Below are positions 59,230 through 64,000 of a stretch of 64,000 nt of DNA, piece after piece. This DNA comes from an uncultured Acidimicrobiales bacterium (GTDB lineage Bacteria > Actinomycetota > Acidimicrobiia > Acidimicrobiales > VFJN01), in assembly GCA_963778415.1 (NCBI GenBank), contig CAVZUI010000013.1, positions 67,976-131,975 of the forward strand, read 5' to 3'. Both the position numbers and the translations under genes were made by a program. Numbering within the stretch: position 1 is the first letter of the stretch; each line of letters starts with the position of its first letter. Under the pieces are notes generated by a model, which worked only from the letters and a program-made list of their open reading frames with translations, was not told where the DNA came from and made no database searches.

Positions 59230-59652
59230 ATGCGTGCGGTGGTCATCTACGAGAGCCTCACGGGCAACACGGCGAGAGCGGCCAGGCTCGTCGCGGACGA
59301 GGTGGCGGCGCAGGGCGTCGAGGTGTCCGTCTACGCGATCACCGACATCGGGCTCAAGGACCTGGCCGAGGCCGACATCGTGTTCATCGGCACGTGGGTC
59401 GACGGGCTCGTGCTCTTCGGACAGCGCCCGGGCCGGGCGGGGCGCATCAAGGCCATGCCGGTCATCGACGGCAAGCGCGTCGCAGCCTTCATGACCTATG
59501 CCATCAACGCCGGCAAGGCCCTCGAGCGCTTCGTCCGGGTGCTCGACGAGCGGGGGGCCACCGTCGTCAGCGCCACCCTCCTGCGGCGTGACCGTCTCGA
59601 GGCCGGGGTCGCCGGCTTCGTGACCACGTCGCTCGACAGCGTGCCCGCGTAA
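59230..59652 (+). CDS. Flavodoxin family protein
   Basis: Intact 140-aa ORF: MRAVVIYESLTGNTARAARLVADEVAAQGVEVSVYAITD...ADIVFIGTWVDG. Confidence 0.85.
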   Translation: MRAVVIYESLTGNTARAARLVADEVAAQGVEVSVYAITDIGLKDLAEADIVFIGTWVDGLVLFGQRPGRAGRIKAMPVIDGKRVAAFMTYAINAGKALERFVRVLDERGATVVSATLLRRDRLEAGVAGFVTTSLDSVPA

Positions 59653-59705
59653 GGTCTCCGACCTGGGGCCACCGTGGCCCCCGCCGCACGACTGGGGGAG
59701 TCTCC

Positions 59706-60892
59706 GTGCGTTCCTCGACCCGCCGAACCATCCTCTGGGCGTTGGCCCTCGTCCTCGGGCTGGTGCTCGTCGGCGTGGCCTACGTCCGGGGCGGCGACGG
59801 CAGCGGGTCGGCCGACACCGCACCCGACTCACCCAGCCCACAGGTGCCCGACGATCCCGGTGAGGGCTGCGGCGAGGCGGCCACCACCGACCCCGAGGAC
59901 CTGGCGGTCGACCGGACCCTGGCGCGGTGCGAGGCGGGTGCGCCCGCGGCACAGCCGCTGGCCCGGGCCGCGACCGTGCGGGTGGCGATCACCGAGCGCA
60001 CCGAGACGGTGTCCCCGGTCCTGGTCGCCGACGCCCTCGACGAGTTCACGGCCGAGAACCTCGCCGTCGAGATCATCGACCTACCCGGCGGCGAGGCCTA
60101 CGCGCGCCTCCAGCGCGGCGAGGTCGACGTGGTCGTCGGTGGCATGGACGGCCCGTTCTTCGACGCGGTCGACGGCGGGTTCGGGGCGCGGATCGTGCTC
60201 GGCGGTCAGGTCGCTCGCCGGCCGAGCGACCTCGACACCGCCCAGGCCGGCTTCTGGATCCGCCGGGGGCTGATCAACGAGGCAGGTGAGTGGGACAACG
60301 TCGAGGGCCAGACCGTCCTGGTCCCCGGCGGGCTGACGGCGGCGGCCACGCTGCCCATCGACACGCTGCTGTCCCAACACGCGCTGGGCGCCAACTCGAT
60401 CGACATCGTTCCGGCGACGTCGCACCAGGCGGCCGAGACGTTGCACGCCGCCGCCTCCGGGGGCGCCTGGCTGGCCGAGCCCGACGCCGTCGAGGCCGCG
60501 GCCGACGACGCGCTGATGCTGGTGGCCACCACGCCCGGCAGCGAGTCGATCGACGGGACCGTCTTCGGCCCCCGGTTGCTCGGGCCCGAGCGGGCCGTCG
60601 GGCTGGCGTACGTCCGGGCCGTGATCCGCACGATCAACACGCACATGCCCGACGGGTACGAAGAGGATGCGCTGGAGGCCGTGTCCCAGGCGCTGGACGT
60701 GGACGAAGAGGTGGTGGCCGACGGGCCCGGCGCCGCTGTTCGACTGGGAGGTCCGCGTCGGGCACGACCACCCGGGTGCAGGACACGCTGACCGCGCTCG
60801 GCGGCGTCGGCTACGAGCGCGTGATCGGCGAGGACCTCCTCGTCGACCGCTCACTGGCGGCCGACGTCGTGAGCGCCGCCGACCCGGGCTGA
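59706..60892 (+). CDS. ABC transporter substrate-binding protein (NMT1/SsuA-like fold); one apparent frameshift near 60735
   Basis: ORF 59706-60791: signal/TM (RRTILWALALVLGLVLVGVAYV), VRVAITERTETVSPVLVADALDEFTAENLAVEIIDLPGGEAYARLQRGEVDVVVGG...GQTVLVPGGLTAAATLPIDTLL. The tail is in ORF 60290-60892 (VQDTLTALGGVGYERVIGEDLLVDRSL). The family assignment is moderate. Confidence 0.65.
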
Positions 60893-60946
60893 CGCCGGCT
60901 CCGTCCGGCCGGCGTTCCGGCATTCCGGCGTTCGCCCGTCGGGCGT

Positions 60947-62194
60947 TCACCCGTCGGCGTCACCCGACAACCGACCAGCGACGAGCGACGCCCGTTCGGG
61001 CGCTGCGCTCAGCCGCTGGCAGCCCAGGTCCAGGCGTACGTCCGGGTCCTCGCACGCCCGGGCCGCGCCCCCGAGGGCCAGCGGAGCGAACGTGTCGACC
61101 ATCACCGCCAGCTCGTCGGTGGACTCGGCGCCGAGCGACGCCTCGACGCTGCCCGGCTGCGGCCCGTGGGTGAACCCTCCGGGGTGCAGGCTGATCGACC
61201 CGGCCCCGATGCCGGCGCCCTTGCGGCTGGTGAAGTCGCCGGCGCAGTAGAACAGCACCTCGTCGCTGTCGACGTTGGCGTGGTTGTACGGCGTGGGCAC
61301 GGCGTCGGGGTGGTAGTCGAGCTTGCGCGGCACGAAGCTGCACACGACGAAGCGGGGCCCGGCGAAGGTCTGGTGGACCGGCGGGGGCTGGTGGACGCGC
61401 CCGGTGATCGGCTCGAAGTCGTGGATCGACAGGCGGTACGGGTAGAGGCACCCGTCCCACCCGACGACGTCGAACGGGTGGTGCGCGTACCGGTACCGGG
61501 TGAGGCCCGACCGCTGGCGCACGAGCACCTCGACGCCGTCCGCTCCGGGGTCGTCGTCGACGAGGTGGAGCTGTTCGGGTCCGTGGAGGTCGCGCTCGCA
61601 GTACGGGCTGTGCTCGAGGAACTGCCCCGTGGCGGACAGGTAGCGCTCCGGCGGGCCGACGTGGCCGCGCGCCTCGACCACGAGCGCGGCCACCGGCTCG
61701 TCGCCGGCCGCGCCGGTCGGGACCCAGCGGTGGGTCGTCCCGGTGGGCACGACGACGTAGTCGCCGGCGCGGCAGTCGAGGGTCCCGAACGACGACTCCA
61801 GCCGGGCCGTGCCGGTGCGCAGGTAGACGATCTCGTCGCCGGTCGCGTTCCGGTAGAGGCCACTGGGCGTCGTGGGGTGCGCGACCGCCAGGCGCACGTC
61901 GTCGTTGGCCAGCAGGACGCGGCGACCGGTGACCAGGTCGCCGCCGGCCTCCAGCTCGGCGGTGCGCAGGTGGCGAGGCAGCAGCGGCTCGTTGGCCTGC
62001 AGGTCGTCGTCGGGCGCGGCGATCGGGTCGGCGCCGAGCAGTGCGGTGGGCGGCCGGCGGTGGTAGAGCAGCGCCGACGACGCCGAGAAGCCCTCGGTCC
62101 CCATGAGCTCCTCGGCGTACAGGTGCCCGTCGGGGGCACGGAACTGGGTGTGCCGCTTGGGCGGCACCTCACCGACGCGGCGGTAGTACGGCAC
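60947..62194 (-). CDS. hmgA: Homogentisate 1,2-dioxygenase; probable frameshift near 61040 (likely true stop 61009)
   Basis: ORF 60947-62404 frame from GTG 62194 (RBS GAGGAGG): VPYYRRVGEVPPKRHTQFRAPDGHLYAEELMGTEGFSASSALLYHRRPPT...YRNATGDEIVYLRTG...DYVVVPTGTTHRW...HHPFDVVGWDGCLYPY...HQPPPVHQTF...YNHANVDSDEVLFY...SISLHPGGFTHGPQPG. An alternative frame at the end gives DPDYAWTWAASG-stop. Confidence 0.92.
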   Translation of the reverse strand: MPYYRRVGEVPPKRHTQFRAPDGHLYAEELMGTEGFSASSALLYHRRPPTALLGADPIAAPDDDLQANEPLLPRHLRTAELEAGGDLVTGRRVLLANDDVRLAVAHPTTPSGLYRNATGDEIVYLRTGTARLESSFGTLDCRAGDYVVVPTGTTHRWVPTGAAGDEPVAALVVEARGHVGPPERYLSATGQFLEHSPYCERDLHGPEQLHLVDDDPGADGVEVLVRQRSGLTRYRYAHHPFDVVGWDGCLYPYRLSIHDFEPITGRVHQPPPVHQTFAGPRFVVCSFVPRKLDYHPDAVPTPYNHANVDSDEVLFYCAGDFTSRKGAGIGAGSISLHPGGFTHGPQPGSVEASLGAESTDELAVMVDTFAPLALGGAARACEDPDVRLDLGCQRLSAAPERASLVAGRLSGDADG

Positions 62195-62858
62195 GGCGTC
62201 CTCCTCTCGTCGTGGCGGGACTGGTGGCTCGATCGCCGGCCAGGCCGGCGGCGATCCGCCCGGCCGCGGCCCGCACCGCCGACGCCACGTCGGGGTCGGG
62301 CGGGAAGCGGTGGGCCGGGGCGACCACGGCCAGGCTGGCGATCGGCTCGCCGTCGGGCCCCAGCACGGGCGCGGCCACGCCGCGGACCCCGGGCTCGAGC
62401 TCACCTTCGGACACGGTGGCCCCCGCGCCGGGATCGAGCAGGGCGCGGCCGCTGGCCGCCAACGTGAGGGGGTGGCGGGTCCCCGTGCGGTAGTTGACCT
62501 GCAGGACGCCGGCCCGCCCGATCACCTGGTCGACGGCCACGGCGTCGTCGCCGTCGCGGACGCTGAGCACCGCGGTCTCGCCGAAGTGCCCGGCGAGGCC
62601 TTCGAGCTCGGCCCGGGCCAGCACCCGGAGCTCGGGCTCGACCCCGGCGGCCAGGGCCAGCAGGCCCAGCCCGGCCACCCACCCGTGCGGGGTGCGGCGG
62701 GTCAGCCCGTGCGACTCGAGGGTGACCAGCATGCGCCCGACAGCGGAGCGCGACTGCCCGAGGCCGCGGGCGAGCGACGCGGTCGTGTCCCCCTGGCGGT
62801 CGGCGACGAGGCGGAGGAGGCTCAGGGCGGTGTCGACGGTCTTCGACTGTTCGGCCAT
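62169..62858 (-). CDS. IclR family transcriptional regulator
   Basis: ORF 62169-62858: KTVDTALSLLRLVADRQGDTTASLARGLGQSRSAVGRMLVTLESHGLTRR...ELEGLAGHFGETAVLSVRDGDDAVAVDQV...NYRTGTRHPLTLAASGRALL...GVRGVAAPVLGPDGEPIASLAVVAP. The last ~30 aa look off-composition, and the 3' end overlaps the hmgA start by 26 nt. Confidence 0.88.
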   Translation of the reverse strand: MAEQSKTVDTALSLLRLVADRQGDTTASLARGLGQSRSAVGRMLVTLESHGLTRRTPHGWVAGLGLLALAAGVEPELRVLARAELEGLAGHFGETAVLSVRDGDDAVAVDQVIGRAGVLQVNYRTGTRHPLTLAASGRALLDPGAGATVSEGELEPGVRGVAAPVLGPDGEPIASLAVVAPAHRFPPDPDVASAVRAAAGRIAAGLAGDRATSPATTRGGRRAVLPPRR

Positions 62859-63016
62859 CGTGCGGCTCCGAACGTCGGCACGCCTCGGGGCGGGATTCTC
62901 GCCACACGACCGGGCGTGTCGCCGGTACTCTCTGTGTCAGTTCGGTGAACAACGGCACACATTGCCGACGTCTCCCGATACCCGGACACTAACCTCCGCT
63001 CCCCGGAGGTGCCCGT

Positions 63017-63784
63017 TTGCCCACAGCCCTCAGGGCGGTCCTCCCGCATTTGTTCGACGATGCAGGACTGTTCCCGCCCGCCAAGCTCCCCATGGCCGAG
63101 GCCCTGGCCGCGCACCAGCGCGCGCTCGCCGGTCCGCATCGCGAGGTCGTCGGCCCGTTCCTGTGCCCGGCGACGCGCCTCGACGAGCTCGACGCGTGCG
63201 TCGCCTCCGGCGCGGTCCGCCCGACGGCGCTCGGGATCATCGGCTACGCCGGGCAGCTCGACTGGCGGCGGCCGATGGCCGTGCGCGGGGTGGTGCAGGC
63301 CGAGGCCCCCATCGGCGCAGGCATGCCCGTGCCACCCGGTCGGATCGTCCGCTACCTCGAGCTGCCCCACCGTGGCGCCATCGGCCCGGCCCTCGACGAG
63401 GTGGTGCGGGCGAGCGCCCGTGCCAAGGTGCGGTGCGGCGGCCTGACCGACGATGCGATCCCGACCGTCGAGTGGCTCGCCGAGGTGCTCGTCGGCTGCG
63501 TCGAGCGAGGCCTGCAGCTCAAGGCGACCGCCGGCCTGCACCACGCGTTCCGCGCCGGGCGGCGTGAGCCGCCGCGCCACGGCTTCGTCAACCTGCTGGC
63601 CGCGGCGGCCGTGGCCCGGTCCCGTGCGTCGGTCGGCGAGGTGGCCGCGGTCCTGGCCGCCGAGGAGGCCGACGCGAGCGACCTCCCGGGCCGCGTGGCC
63701 GGTGCCCGCGAGCTGCTCACCTCGATCGGGACGTGCTCGATCGACGAGCCCCTCGGCGAGCTGGCCGTGCGGGGCCTGTTGTGA
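63017..63784 (+). CDS. Conserved hypothetical protein (255 aa) immediately upstream of fahA
   Basis: Intact ORF with a TTG start: LRAVLPHLFDDAGLFPPAKLPMAEALAAHQRALAGPHREVVGPFLCPATRLDELDA...RAKVRCGGLTDDAIPTVEWLAEVLVGCVERGLQLKATAGLHHAF...HGFVNLLAAAA...SIGTCSIDEPLGEL. Composition is protein-like and third positions are GC-rich. No family was recognised. Confidence 0.75.
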   Translation: MPTALRAVLPHLFDDAGLFPPAKLPMAEALAAHQRALAGPHREVVGPFLCPATRLDELDACVASGAVRPTALGIIGYAGQLDWRRPMAVRGVVQAEAPIGAGMPVPPGRIVRYLELPHRGAIGPALDEVVRASARAKVRCGGLTDDAIPTVEWLAEVLVGCVERGLQLKATAGLHHAFRAGRREPPRHGFVNLLAAAAVARSRASVGEVAAVLAAEEADASDLPGRVAGARELLTSIGTCSIDEPLGELAVRGLL

Positions 63785-63809
63785 GCGGACGCGAGGTGCG
63801 GGGCCCGCG

Positions 63810-64000
63810 GTGACCGCGCTCCGGTCGTGGGTGGCCGGTGCCGACGGCTCGGGGTTCCCCGCCGAGCACCTGCCGTACGGCGTCGTGTCGACCGCGGGCG
63901 GACCACCGCGGGTCGGCGTGCGGATCGGCGATCACGTGCTCGACCTCGCCCGGCTGGCCGACGACGGCGTGGCCGGCCTGGGCGGCCTGCTGGAGGGCAC
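63810..64000 (+). CDS. fahA: Fumarylacetoacetase, N-terminal part (gene runs off the right edge)
   Basis: GTG 63810: VTALRSWVAGADGSGFPAEHLPYGVVSTAGGPPRVGVRIGDHVLDLARLADDGVAGLGGLLEG. This matches the FAH N-terminal domain pattern (FP..NLPYGVFS...PR.GVAIGD.ILDL). Confidence 0.85.
   Translation, partial: MTALRSWVAGADGSGFPAEHLPYGVVSTAGGPPRVGVRIGDHVLDLARLADDGVAGLGGLLEG

Overview
This is a very GC-rich, actinobacterial-type chromosomal segment with about 70 protein-coding genes. I found no rRNA, tRNA, CRISPR array, transposase or phage genes.

Gene content is ordinary metabolism and regulation:
- **Left third:** two cytochrome P450s, a PhyH dioxygenase, ArsR/SRPBCC modules, a tandem Usp protein, Asp23, FKBP, an amino-acid ABC binding protein, a Ski2-like DEAD/DEAH helicase, HrpA, OsmC, SoxR and a DUF35/thiolase pair.
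- **Centre (about 31-51 kb):** a large nucleoside catabolism and salvage supercluster. It holds deoC plus two ALDH genes, add, deoA, cdd, a BMP-family nucleoside ABC transporter, a purine nucleoside phosphorylase, a phospho-sugar mutase and upp.
- **Right end:** MarR with a His-rich membrane protein, MenB, a nitroreductase, an MBOAT/SGNH O-acylation pair, a flavodoxin, and the homogentisate pathway (iclR, hmgA, an unknown ORF, fahA).

Observations worth a second look:
1. Roughly two thirds of the longer genes can only be read by switching frame 1-6 times. The pieces stay well conserved and carry no internal stops, which points to indel errors in the assembly rather than real gene decay.
2. A LAGLIDADG intein sits exactly at the third Cys of the CX3CX2C motif of an Rv2578c-like radical SAM gene.
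3. A 320-bp array of three tandem nested-palindrome units (13 copies of one 15-bp motif) lies between a GH5 gene and deoA. Together with the GH5 gene it interrupts the usually contiguous cdd-deoA-add operon.
4. Two roughly 50-nt near-perfect hairpins share GATTTCC/GGAAA ends.
5. A Pat-like GNAT is translationally coupled to a stand-alone, degenerate cNMP-binding-domain protein.
6. An uncharacterised gene sits between hmgA and fahA, where a maleylacetoacetate isomerase is expected.
7. A diverged 66-bp duplication covers the deoC/ALDH junction, next to an ALDH paralog that lacks the catalytic domain.

All coordinates and frame-change positions were worked out by hand from the sequence and the ORF track. 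Frameshift positions are approximate.
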